Assembly: GCF_000315625.1 (NCBI RefSeq)
Contig: NW_005434635.1
Location: forward strand, 441,071 to 505,070
Length of the DNA: 64,000 bases
Source: Guillardia theta CCMP2712
Lineage: Eukaryota; Protista; Cryptophyta
Reading direction: 5' to 3'
Position numbers and translations under genes: made by a program. This document shows positions 1 to 15,044 of the stretch, one piece after another. A model generated the notes under the pieces. The model had not been told where the DNA came from. It saw only the letters and a list, made by a program, of their open reading frames with translations, and did not search any database. Each line of letters begins with the position of its first letter. Within the stretch, counting starts at the first letter, position 1.

Positions 1-163
1 CATCCTTATGATTTCATGACCCCTGTTATACTACGGAAAATATCAGTACCCTATGTATCTCATCATCCTCCCTCACTCTGGTGACCCGGTACCTCGACTA
101 CCCCTACCTCCTCTCAGTTTTGGTCTGAACTCGGAAGAGAGTGAGAACGGAATCAGGGTCAGG

Positions 164-216
<53 letters not shown>

Positions 217-375
217 AGGAGATCGAAGGAGATCAGGGGGAAGGGAAGAAAGAGAAGAAGATGCGGCTCAATGATGCTGTACCCTGAGGACGATCCATTT
301 CCTGGACTAAAACATTTGAAGTTGGAGAAAGAGTCCACGTAAACCAACAATCGTGTTGACCGTTTCCTCTGCATC

Positions 376-2428
376 ATGGAGCACAAACTACATTCAATGG
401 AGCCGTCATGGGCTCGAGATGCCGGGTATTCTGACAGGAGGTTCAGCAACACAAATTTCCCCATCGCAACAAAGCTGAGATCTGAGTTTTTGATGGACAA
501 GGAGAGAGCGTTTGATACCCCAGATGTGAGATGCAAGGGGAGGCAAGGGCCACCCTCACCAGCAGAGAGCATGAAGGAGGCCTTGAATGCGATCAAGAGG
601 TATGACGTCATCTCGGACATGGGGAAGATGCAGGATAGCCTGTTGAGAATTATCGAGGAGCAGGTCCGGTTGAGAATGCAGCAGCAGGTTGAAAGGAACG
701 TGAGCGGAGAGGAGGAGACTGAGATGGGTGCAGACAAGAGCGAATCGAGAAAATGTGATGGACTACGCGTCGACGGATGGATCTCTGATCAGAGAGTATC
801 AGATCCAGAAGGAGGAGCTCTTCTCTGAGATCTCTCGCCTGCAGGTCTGACTTGGATCCCGAACTCCCCCTCACAACCCCTTGAACGGCTGCTGAGGTCC
901 TGATGCAGACGGAGATCATGAGCTTGAAGGAGAAGAACCTTCGGCTCAAGGCTGAGAATGAGCAAGCATACAACCTCGTGAAGATGGCAAGGGCATCTGA
1001 AACCACCCTCCAGGTGAAACGATGACGATGATTTGTGTGCTCTTGTGAAAGATGTCTCCAAGCATGTGCTGGAAGAACGACAAGTCTCGCTGGACCTGCT
1101 CAAGAATGCCAAGAATGAGGCGGAGAAGCAATTGAAAGAGCAAATGGTAACATCCTCGCATCGACTGTCTCTTGCTGATTTCCCTCAAGGAAACAGCTAG
1201 GTACGAACTACAGGTGAGAAGGAAACTTGTTCGATTGATAGACCCTTCCGACCGTCATGCAGAGAGTTCGACTTGAGTTCGAGACAGAGCTGATGTCCTT
1301 GCGCGCCAAGGTCAGGTCACGCTAGTATGCATTCTGCTGATTGTTTGCGACAGAATCTAGAGCTTCAGGAGCAGAACAAGAAGAACGATGTCAAGTAAGT
1401 CCTTGATGCGTCTTGAAGCGATCATGGCAGTGGCTAACGAGAGTTGCTGCAGGCTGGCCGAGGCGTCTGAAAAAGTGAAATCAGGACGGAGGGTTTGTAG
1501 ATGCTGATGTCGGAACAGTCAAAAGTTGCGGTGCAAGAGATCGAGCAAGCAAAGAACGCTGTGTCGGAAGCAGTGCTACAGGTCAACCAGGCTGACTCAG
1601 TCGTCGCATGCCTGACAAGAACGCAGGCCAAGAAGTACAAGTCGCTGCTGGAGCAGGAGACGACGGACAAAGAGAGGCTGCAGGTAAGGGATTGGAGGAG
1701 ATGGTCGGCGGGAAAAGACTCCCCTCTGGGAACGATTGTTCGATGCAGGAAGAAAACTCGACGCTGAGCGAGAACTTGGAATCGTATCAGAAGATGTTGT
1801 CTCACGAGCAAATCAAGAGAGAGGAGACGTCTGCAGAGATCCTCGAGCTCCGCGCTGCCCTCCGGACGGTCAAGGCTCAGTTGATGGTTGCAAAACTCGT
1901 TGACGTTTGCGCTCGTGACGAGGATCACAGGCCGCAGAGAAGACGAGGGAGGAGCTGAGAAATCGACACGAGACGGAGATCAGCTCACTGAGGTGAACCC
2001 CTGCTGGACTTGCCTTGCTCACTTGCCCCCAAGGACGTCGCACAGGTCGGCAAGGATCGAAGCGGAGCAGCTCCGGTCGAGACTGAACGCCACGAGCTCG
2101 GCGTTGCAGGTGGGAAGGGAGGAGAATGTTGGGCGATGGGAGTGAAGGGGATGGCAGGCGCACCTGAACGGGCTGAGTAACCCGATGAAGAGCATCGAAC
2201 ATGTGCTGGAGGTAGCCACGAGTCCCTTCTTGTCTTTCCTCCCTGATCTCCTCTCAGTTGAACGGGAAGTTTTGCGATGCCTCAAACGCATCCCGCGACT
2301 ACGACAGCCAACGAGGCTCGCCGACGGACCGGTCGGCTGTCCCTCCTCATAGATCGCCAGGTGTAGGGTCGCCGGTAATGGAGGGCCCGGATGAGAAGCA
2401 GGAGAAGGAGGAACATCCAGGATATTAA
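376..2428 (+). CDS. Multi-exon coiled-coil protein of unknown function
   Basis: Successive short exons with GT..AG boundaries give E/K/Q/L-rich heptad-like peptides (MQTEIMSLKEKNLRLKAENEQAYNLVK, EQAKNAVSEAVLQ, YKSLLEQETTDKERLQ, EENSTLSENLESYQKMLSHEQIKREETSAEILELRAALRTVKAQL). Both ends are approximate. Confidence 0.6.
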
Positions 2429-2504
2429 CCTCAGCTGGTTCAACGTGGAACCTTGCGTCCTTGCTGTGTGAGATTAAAGATACCTTGAAGGCCTTCGCCA
2501 TACC

Positions 2505-2670
2505 GTTAATTTGCCGAGGGGCGGCCAGTCAGTGACACTGGTTGGGACTTAACTCGGGCCGGGACTCCGGCGGCCTGAGCCTGGCCACGGCCGACCCGGT
2601 GGCCGGGCTCCGGCTTCGGAAGCCTAAGGAGTCTGGCCGCAGTGCTCTGACTAGCCCAAAAAAAAAGGTT
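2505..2670. promoter_or_regulatory. GC-rich CCGG/GGCC patch ending in an A-tract; putative promoter region of the GT90 gene
   Basis: Dense ggcc/ccgg/ctgag words followed by poly-A, ~220 bp upstream of the ATG at 2886. Similar patches occur at ~31290-31450 and ~41290-41800. Confidence 0.35.
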
Positions 2671-2885
2671 TTACAATCAACGATTGACAAGACAAGATGG
2701 ATGGTGATGCGAGATAGGAATGCGATCCATGGCGAACGAGGAGGAGGAGGAGGAAGGGGCAAAAGAAGAGGAGAGGGGGGGAGAGGAGCGAGAAGGAGGG
2801 AGGAGATGAAGACACGAGGTGAGTAGCGATGGGACAAGTCGAGTGAAGGCAGGAAGAGGAGGAGAGTGGCAAGGTATCCTCTAAC

Positions 2886-5647
<2,762 letters not shown>

Positions 5648-5747
5648 NNNNNNNNNNNNNNNNNNNNNNNNNNNNNNNNNNNNNNNNNNNNNNNNNNNNN
5701 NNNNNNNNNNNNNNNNNNNNNNNNNNNNNNNNNNNNNNNNNNNNNNN
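5648..5747. other. Assembly gap (100 N) between two convergent genes
   Basis: Run of N flanked by (CAG)n/(GAG)n microsatellites. The final exons of both neighbouring genes appear to be missing. Confidence 0.99.
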
Positions 5748-5809
5748 GAGGAAAGGCAGGAAGAACAGACGGAGGAGGAGGAGGAGGAGGAGGAGGAGGA
5801 GGAGGAGGA

Positions 5810-5849
<40 letters not shown>

Positions 5850-5850
<1 letters not shown>

Positions 5851-7395
5851 TATTTGACTTCACCTTCATGGACGAGCGACTCTGCGGTATCGCCATGAGG
5901 GAAGCACAAGACGCATCCCTGCCGGGGCTCAACCCCGCGGAGCTCGAGGCATCCCTCGACACGAGCTGGAGTGAAGAAGGTGGTACAGCCTCCGTCGAAG
6001 TCCTCCGTCAAGTAGATTACGAAAGTCAGGCGCGACCAGCGATCTCCTGTCTTGTCGTACACATAGTTCCCTTCCTCGTCGATCCCTGCTCCTCGTCATT
6101 GACTCCTCCTCTTCGTCACTGATTCCTCTTCCTCTTCCTCTTCCTCCCTCCCTCCCTCCCTCCCTCTTTACTCCTGCTCCTCGTCTTCCTGTCCCCCTCA
6201 ACTCCCTCTCGTCCCCCTCTTCCTCACCCCCCTCCTCCTCGTCTCCTCCTCCTCCTCTCACCCGAGCCCGGCCATGCTCCATCCACGTGCGGCCGGTAGA
6301 CGTTGCCCGTGGTGTAACGGTAGAGGCGCCAGCGGGCGTTGAGGCCTGCGAACTTGCCGTCCCCCAGCACAGGAGGCATGAGATGCTCCATCCTGTCAAG
6401 CAGCTTCCGCTGTAGACCAGGATGAGCGGGAGGAGAGCGGGAAGGAGGAGAGGGAGGGGAGCAGATAGAGGAAGAGGGAGGAGCGTGGCAGTGGGAGGAC
6501 TGACCTGGATCTGCTCGTCCACCAGCCACACGCATCCGTCAGCGCGCGAGTCAATGGCCTTGTCAAGCGGCTCATCGGGGGAAAAGCCCATGGCCTCAGC
6601 GACGGAGATGATTTGCCAGCACTCGTGGGGGGTCAGGACGCCCGAGAGGAAGAAAGCGCCGGGGACGGAGGGGAAGTCGAACCTTGTGGCCTGAGGGAGG
6701 TCCTGCTGGAAGTGGAGGAGGGAGGGAGGAGCATACCAGATGTTCAGGTCGTGCTTGTTGGGCGGGCGGCGCTCGCAAGCCATCTCGTGCCCGATGATGC
6801 GGAGGCTCGACTTGTCTACTTCGAGGAACTTGCTAGCGTCGTAGCTCCCGCCCTCCTGCTTCGGCACCGGGCACCATGCTGGAAACCGGCGCACCATCCC
6901 GCTCCCCTTGAGCAGCTCAGGAGCTCCCTCCTGCCCCTCCTGCTTCGCGTTCGCCGCTGCTGATGCCGCGAGACCGAACCAGTCCTGACCTGCCGCTCTC
7001 AGAATGGCGTCCAGCACCCGCAGCGCCTGAGGGTCGTTGGCAGCCGTTGCTCCCAAGTCGCAGTCCCGCACCCAACGCTGGACGGCCCCGAGCTTGGGGA
7101 TCTCACGAGGAGCCCGCATGGCTTGCAGCAGCTCGATCGCGTCCTCCCACCTCTGATCTTTGAGCGCCTCGCTGATCTTACCGCTCAACGACCCTCCCCC
7201 TGCTGCATGCGGGACCTTGTTCCCTGCCGTCTGCCGTATCCGCTCCTCCACAATGGGATGCAACGCAGATCTCAAGGGCTTCATGCGCTTGTCACGGAGC
7301 ATGTCGAGATGCTCACCGATGACGCTCAGTGTCCTCAAGGTAACCCGAAGCTCCTCGTCTGAGATGAGACTGGTGATGTCGTCCTTGCCGCTCAT
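5850..7395 (-). CDS. Prolyl 4-hydroxylase-like 2OG-Fe(II) dioxygenase; last exon probably lost in the gap
   Basis: AFFLSGVLTPHECWQII, GLNARWRLYRYTTGNVYRPHVDG (HxD), RLTFVIYLTEDFDGGCTTFF, VEPRQGCVLCFPHG and LVHEG (distal His). The N-terminal region has PKLGAVQRWVRDCD. The terminal R-containing strand is not seen before the gap. The start could lie further upstream. Confidence 0.85.
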
Positions 7396-9010
7396 CTCGT
7401 CAGTCTCAGGAGAATCGTGAGTCTGTTCAGTCTCGTCAGCTTCCTCTTCGACGGCAGATGTTCATAGATGGACTTGTCAGCCAGCAAGCTCCTCTTCTTC
7501 GACATCTGCTGCTGCTGCTGCTGCTGCTGCTTCCATTTCCTCTTCTTGGTCTTTGCCATGCTGGATCGAACAGATCGTCAGAGAAACAACACATTGAAGA
7601 GCTGAATGCATGAGGAGGAGTTTGCTGCTTGCAAACAGAAACAAAGAGATGCGAAGAAAAATCGACTTAACATGTTTGGAGCACATCAAGATAAGCGGTG
7701 AGTTTAGATTTGACCTCAAAATGGGGTTCTAAAGAAGGCAGAGCCTTGACAGCATGGAGGACATAAACATGAAAGCATGTTGAGAGCATGTTGAAGCCCA
7801 GGAGTGCATCGAAAGCATGAGCGAGAGGAGCGAGAGGACAGAGCGGGGATGGCGGGCATGGCGGGCATGGCGGGCATGGCAGTAGATAGGTGGCATGCTG
7901 TTTGCATTTGCCATAGAGGGCCAGATCCTAGGAAAGCTTAGCGATGGATAGCTGGTCCTAGCAATCGCCCTAGGAAATGTGTTCCGAAAGGGGTGGGTTC
8001 TTGGCCGAAAGTACCCCTGTGCGAGGAGGATTCAAGTACCCCTACCCACACTTTGACCAGTGAAATGAGTAGTAATATCGCATTATTGGGGGTCCTTCCA
8101 TGTACCACCCCTTCTTTGAGATTTTTTGGTTGACCCCTACCCGGTCATTTTGAACCCTTTGGTCTACCATCTTCCTGGTCGTCGGAAGTTTTCGCTTACA
8201 AAAATGCTGGGGCGGGCCCACATGGATTGGGTTTGTTGGGGATGAGGGCAAACACGGCTATTCTGGTGACTCACACGCAATGCACAGCTGCCGCGATGAA
8301 CCTCCTCGTCCCCATGATCGTCAACCATGTCCTCTCTCCCTCCTACTCGCTCTCCTCCTCCTTCCCCACTCCTGTTTCTCCCTTCCTCGACCTCCTCCTG
8401 GATTGCATGCCACGTTTCACCCGGTTTATTCCTTACTCCATCTCTTCCATTTTCTTTCTCCCTACTCATCTTCCTCTCCCAAGGCGAAATCACTTCAATC
8501 GAATCCTGCATGCTTCTGTCCATCTCCTCCTACCCTTCAGCCCTGCTTTGATTTTCCTCTCCCTGGCGTTCCAACTGCGATGTTACCATACTTTGATCCT
8601 CCGTCCCTCAGCGGCATCTTCCATTCTTACAGCATGGGAGCATATGAGAGATGCTCTCCTCAGCTAGATAATCCTCATGCGTTCCTGTCCTGCAGACTGA
8701 GGGATGATTGATGCTCATCTCATCTGATCTATGTCTGTTTTTGTACTTCCTTGAATCCTCGTTCTCGTCCCCATCTACAGTCAATCTTAGTCTCTTATCT
8801 CAGTGCTGTTAGTCTCTTATCTCAGTGCTGTTAGTCTTTTGTACCTTGCGTCTATCTTACCTGTTTAGCTCTACATCCTCAGCACATGCTCATACCCAAA
8901 CACACTTTGCGCACCCTGCGCTCATTGGTGCCGTGAACATTTTAGAGCATCTCCTGCTTGGAATCGTCTCGTTCCTACCTGCTAGTGGAGGCTGACAGGT
9001 TTGATCGCAG

Positions 9011-9265
9011 ATGTTCACCCGAACGTCTTTGTTGGCGCTCGTTGTCTTGCTCAATGTGAGCCACGTGCGTGGTGAGAGCAAGGTGCGCACGGCGGGTTTC
9101 AGAGCCCAAGGAAACTGACGTGTGTCCATAGAACTGCGACCCGAAGAAAGACTCTGGTTGCAACAAGTTCATCCGTCCTTTCTATCCCCACGAGTGCTGG
9201 GCTGCGTATCCTGGGGGGCCAAACTGCACCAGGCAAGGCTCTGCGAGAATGGGCGGGCGGGGGTG

Positions 9266-9342
<77 letters not shown>

Positions 9343-11715
9343 GGGGGAGGAGAAGGATCAGCGGGACATGCGGGGGGGGCTGGGGGGAGGAAGGGGACGA
9401 GTCCAGGAGGAGGAGGAGGAGGAGGAGGAGAGGTAACGGACGATTCAGGTTCGATCCCACCAAGTCCAAATCGATTCGCTACATCAAGCACGGGCAGTTC
9501 TTCCTCCAGTATGCCGATAACTCCAACCTCAAGGGGTGAGAGCCGGCCTCAGCATTCGGCGAGCCTGACGGGCGGCAGGTACGAGGCGACCGACATCGTT
9601 CAGTTCGGCGACTTCTACACAGTCACCAAGTTCGGAGGCATCACGACATGCAACAGCCCTGACTTCCAGCGCGTCAACGGCATCCTCGGCTTCGGTCTTC
9701 CACAGCAGATGCCGGTGCCTTCCTTTCCCTCCTCTCCCCTCCTCTCTCCCCTCCTCTCTCCCCTCCTCCTTTTTCCTTCTCTCCCTCTGCCTCTTTTTCC
9801 CCTGCTCTCTCCCCTGCTCTCTTCCTACCCCTTTTCCCCCTCCTCCTTTTCCCTTCTCCCCTCCTCCTCATCTCACATTCTTCTCAGATGGAGCTTCCCG
9901 GAATGCCCAGCCCACAGGTGCCGCGTGCTTCCCGCTAGCAGGAAGGAAACTGACTCCACTCATGCAGCTGCCGCTTCCTCTGCTCTTCGATCTCACAGAC
10001 CCCAGGGTCAAGGACAACGCCAAGAACCACATGCTCAGGTACCTGTCGATCCCCCGCCTCCCGCCGCGCTTGCTGAAGTCTGCGGGGACGCAGGAAGAGA
10101 GCCTTCTCCTTCTTTTCCACCGATGACCAGGTGGGGTTCAGGTGGGAAAGGAGGTAGGGCGGTGCCTGACAGCAACGCGATGACAGGCTGAGATCCAGCT
10201 GGGCGGAGTCGATCCAGAGTCGATCATCGGCAAGATGCACTTGACAACCACCATCCAGGTACAGCTCGACTTGAGCTGGGGTCCACAACCTTTGAACCCT
10301 CGGCGCAGCCAAACGACTATGCCGTTCCTGTTCACTCGATCAAGTTCGGAGACGTGGAGCTCCTGCAGTTCTCCAACCCCAACCTGGTCGGCTGCTCCAC
10401 TGCCAGCTCCTGTCCAGCTGACGCCCTCCCTTGCAACGTGCAGAAGGTCCCCATCGGCTGTCAGGGAGACGAATGCCACCCTCCCTTCCTTGCTGGCATT
10501 CTTGACAGGTACAGCTAAAGTTCCCTTCCTCTCCTCGCTCCCCACCCTCCCTCGTCCTCTCCTGTTCTCTCCTCTCCTCTTCACTTCCTCCTCTCTTTCT
10601 GCTTTCCTCTCTCCACCTCTTCTGACTGCTATCAAGTGGAACTTCATGCTTGGTTCTCCCCGATGCTCCTGTCCCCGGCATGTTGAGCAACAAGCCCTTC
10701 ACTCAGGTTCCTCTCCCCGGCCCTCCTCCTCCTTCCCCTATTGCTGCTGCTCCTCCATCTCCCTCCTCCTCATCCTCCCTCCTTCTCTTCCTCCTGACTG
10801 ACGGCCGTTGGCAGTGGAAGCACATGATTGGAGGAAACACAAAGGCCCCCAAGAAGCATGACACTTTCCACGTTAACATCGCAGGCACAGTTGTAAGTAT
10901 CTCCTCCTCCTCCTCTTCTACCTCGCTCTCTCCTCCTCCCCGTCTCTCTCGGCTCCTCTTCCTTCTCCCGCTCTCTCTGCCCCATTCATGTCCTCTTATT
11001 AATGTTTTCTTCCAGTACGACATTCCCTTCTCGGACTGGTACATCACCCAAGGCTCCGACTCGGATCAGTCTTGCGTACAGGTGAGACAGGGAGGAAGAG
11101 GAAGAGGAAGAAGAAGAAGACTAGGGGGAGGACGAGGACGAAGACAACAATATCGGAGAGGAGGAGAGAGGAGCGCTAATGATGTCAACGCAGAGGATGC
11201 CTGGAGGCATGCCAATGGTGCTTGTCGGGGACGTTCTTTTCCGTCGCTATGTGGTGAGCATGCAGCGGGTTGTTGACTCCTCGTCTCAGTGCTGCCCGCT
11301 AGGTCATGTTCGACCTCTCCACCTTTCCCGGCCCAGTCACCATCGGTATCGGAAAGAGAAATCCCAACTACAAGGTCCTTCTCCTCCTCCTCCTCCTCCT
11401 CCTCCTCCTCCTCCTCCTCCTCATCCCCCTCGTTCCCCGGGGCCTGCACCGCTCGTCCTTTCCTCCTGCTGATCCTCCACCCTTGCAGCTCGCTACCAAG
11501 CATGAGACGATCAGCAAGATCACCGCGCACAAGCAGCCTGCACAGGTGAGGAGAGACACAGAGACACAGAGACAGAGAGAGAGAGAGAGCGAGAGCGAGA
11601 GGAGGAGTACTCAAGTCCATGGTTGCAGGTGATTCAGGAGACGAAGGCCATCAGGAGGAACTACCACTACCCCATCGCTGCTGACCGAGTACCGGTGGTG
11701 AGTGCGCGAGCTGAA

Positions 11716-11775
<60 letters not shown>

Positions 11776-11794
11776 AAAAGGCAGACAGTGGAAG

Positions 11795-11875
<81 letters not shown>

Positions 11876-12788
11876 AGCAGGACTATCGCAGAGGAGAGGA
11901 AGGAGACGACTTGTGACTCGCTGGCCAGGTGAACCATGAGAGCACGCAGTATTTCGTCAACGTCTCTATTGGCACTCCCAGGCAGAAGATGCCTGTCATC
12001 TTCGATACCGGTACTCCTTCACTGCCATCAACATCATCATCATCAGCAGCAGCAGCAGCATCCACTCCCGTTCTCCTCCTCCTCCTCCTCCTCCTCCTCC
12101 TCCTCTACTCGTGCTGAACCCCAGCAGGGAGCAGCGTGTTCGGGGTCTTCTCCAAGTGCATGTCGGAGAACGTAGCCGCAGACATTGGACTGCCGGGAAT
12201 TCAGTGCGACTTCGGGCAGGTAGAGGAGGAGGAGGAGGAGGAGGAGGAGGAGGAGGAGGAGGAGGAGAAAGTATGGGAGGTGTTTCAGGATGAAGAAAGG
12301 AGGAAGGGATGTGTGTGTGTGATTGGTCTTCAGGCTTCAGAGAAGACTTTGCTGGACCGCAAGGACATTCTTGACCCAGTGCACTTGAAGGAAAAAAGAA
12401 AGGTAGAGGAGGAGGAGGAGGAGGAGGATTCTGAATGTGCTCCTGCAGGCGCAGCTCAAGAGCCTCGGGGAGAGGAGTCAGGAGCTCCGTGCTGGTATGG
12501 GGAGGAGAAGAGTGAGAAGGGGAGCTGATCGGAGTGACAGGAGGGCCCAAGGCGCTGCTGCAGACTGGAGAGCAGAGCTCGAGGAGCGAATCAAGGTCTG
12601 CTGAGAGAGGAGGGGATGGGGAATGGGGAGGAGAGATGGGGCAGGACGGTGGGAAGGAGAGAGGGGGAAGGAGGAGGGAGGGGAAGGAGAGGAGCGGAGC
12701 TGACATGACATGCAGCAGCATGCTGGTCCCTGTTGCGTTCGTGGGAGTCGCGATGTTGGCTGTCATGCTCGTCAAGTTTCGATCTTGA
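9011..12788 (+). CDS. Pepsin-family (A1) aspartic protease with signal peptide and C-terminal TM anchor; apparently circularly permuted
   Basis: Spliced product: MFTRTSLLALVVLLNVSHVRG.., CTRFDPTKSKS, FFLQYADNSNLKGYEATDIVQFG, NGILGFG, IQLGGVDP, AGILDSGTSCL (split at 10508/10637), LVGDVLFRRYVVMFD..IGIG, then QYFVNVSIGTPRQKMPVIFDTGSS (11929-12135) and a hydrophobic tail MLVPVAFVGVAMLAVMLVKFRS*. Confidence 0.9.
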
Positions 12789-13130
12789 AGTTTTTGAGTC
12801 TTCAAATTGGAACAAAACAAAATTGAAAATCTACCGCATTACCGTTGCCCTCATGCTCCTTCTCCTCTCACCATCTCCGGTATCTCCCCCTTTCCTCTCT
12901 TGCTTGTCTTGTTTGTGTTGTATTCATGTGTGTATTCGTCATTCATTCACATTCAAAAGATAATCTGTACAAATCACTCTCCTCCCAAATTCTCTTTCCT
13001 CGTCCTTCCTTCCTATTTCACAGTCTTCCATCCTCCATCCTAGCCGCTCCTCCCTGTTGAATCCTGTAGTTCCCTCCCCTCCCCTCCCCTCCTCTTCCTT
13101 CCCTTCCCCTCTCAGTCTCCCCTCACACTC

Positions 13131-13892
13131 TCATACGGCGCATCGGATGACGACGAGAAACTCCGAGCAGCGCTTAGCGATGGCCAGGATGTTCTGCTTC
13201 AAGTCAGCCTAAACTTTTCCCTCCTCCTCCTCCTCGTTCCCTCCTCCTCCTCCTCGTTCCCCTCCTCCTCCTCCTCGTTCCCCTCCTCCTCCTCCTCCTC
13301 CTCGTTCCCGTCCTCCTCCTCCTCGTTCCCGTCCTCCTCCTCCTCGTTCCCCTCCTCCTCCTCCTCGTTCCCGTCCTCCTCCTCCTCGTTCCCCTCCTCC
13401 TCCTCCTCCTCTCACCTCTGCACGCAGGTTGATCTCTTCGCACATGTACTGCAGGGTGTGACGCCCATCGAGGAAGGGGAGCATTCTGATTGACATGCAG
13501 CATCAAGAACAGCAGGAGGGAGAGAGGCTAACGGGGGAAGGGCAAGAGGACAAGTAGCAGCAGCAGCAGCAGCAGCAGCAGGAGAAGGAGGAGGAGGACG
13601 AGGAGGAGGAGGAGGAGCAGCAGCAGCAGCAGGAGGAGAAGGAGGAGCAGCAGTGGCAAGGACAGAAGCGCTTCCAGGAGGTCTCACCTCTTGAGGCGGG
13701 ACCACAATCTCGCCTTTCCCTTCTTTGACAGACTGCCAAACCCGGGGGGAGAAGGAGAGGAGAGGTGCCTGACATGAAAGCGCGAGCAGCAAGAGCAATG
13801 GAATCAGAGGACATGAAGGAACAGCACGAGCAGACGAGGGGCAGAGGGAGGGACAACAGGAAGACGAGGACGAGGACGAGGAGAAAATGGAG

Positions 13893-13966
<74 letters not shown>

Positions 13967-14998
13967 ACATGAGCAGGCGGTGGACTTTGAGATGGGGGCA
14001 GGAAGAAGAGGAAGGGAAGGGGAACAGTCAGAGTAACCTTATCCAGGAGTTCACGAGCTTCCTACGGAGAGTCCTTTCTGCCTCCGACTTTGCCTCCTTC
14101 AAGACAGTCAAGCTTGAGAAAGAGATTGAAGATGAGGAAGGAGGAGGAGGAGGAAGGGGGAGGAGGAGGAAGGGGGAGGAGGAAGCAGGAGCCAAGGGCG
14201 CAGCAGCAACAGTAGCAGGAGAAGACCAGCAACAGAAGGTGGAAGCGGGAGGGGAGGACAGGAGGAGGATGAAGGGGGAGGAGGAGGAAGGGAGGGGAGG
14301 ACAGGAGGAGGAGTTCAATCAACCTCGATCCATCCCTCGTCGCCCTCTTCCTTGGGGTCAACCTGAGCGAGGCTGCCATACGACATCCTCCTCCTCGCAG
14401 CCGCGTCCTGCTCGTCTACCTTCCTCTGCTCCTCCTTGAGCGCCATCCTCATGATGGCGACCAGCAGGTCCTCCAAGGACCGACGCGAGCTGCCTTGACT
14501 GGCCTCCGCGTTGGAGCGGAACTGAAGCTCGGCAAGGAGCATCAGAGGACTTCTCTCTCCTATCCTGGGGTGTAGCCCCATGCTCACTGCAGCCCCGTCA
14601 GAGGAGTGGAGAAGAGGAGGAAGCAAGAGAGCGAGAGAAGAGTAGTGGAAGGGAGGAGGAGAGGAGAGGAGAGGAGAGGAGAGGAGGGAGGGAGGGAGGG
14701 AGGGAGGTGAGGAAGGAGAAGGAGGAGGAGGATCTGGTGGAGGAGCAGGAGGAGGAAGGAGAGATACCTGCGAGCATGATCTCTTGCGCAGGAGTGAGGA
14801 CGACCTCCTCCTTCTCCTCCTCGCTTGAGCTCGGCAGATCCTCCGACACAAACTCGACATAAGTCTGCAGCTCGACGACCAGATTCTTCTCTAGCAGCCA
14901 CGCTGAGATGCAGCGAGTGAGCAGAAAGAAAGCGATGGCACGGAGCGAGAAGCAGGAGGAGCTGGAGGAAGAAGAGTAGGAGGAGCAGGAGCAGGAGT

Positions 14999-15044
<46 letters not shown>

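Noticed and set aside
7849-8835. Short tandem repeats (GGCGGGCAT)x3-4 at ~7850 and a 22-bp duplication at ~8790
   Set aside because: Ordinary slippage products with no further structure.
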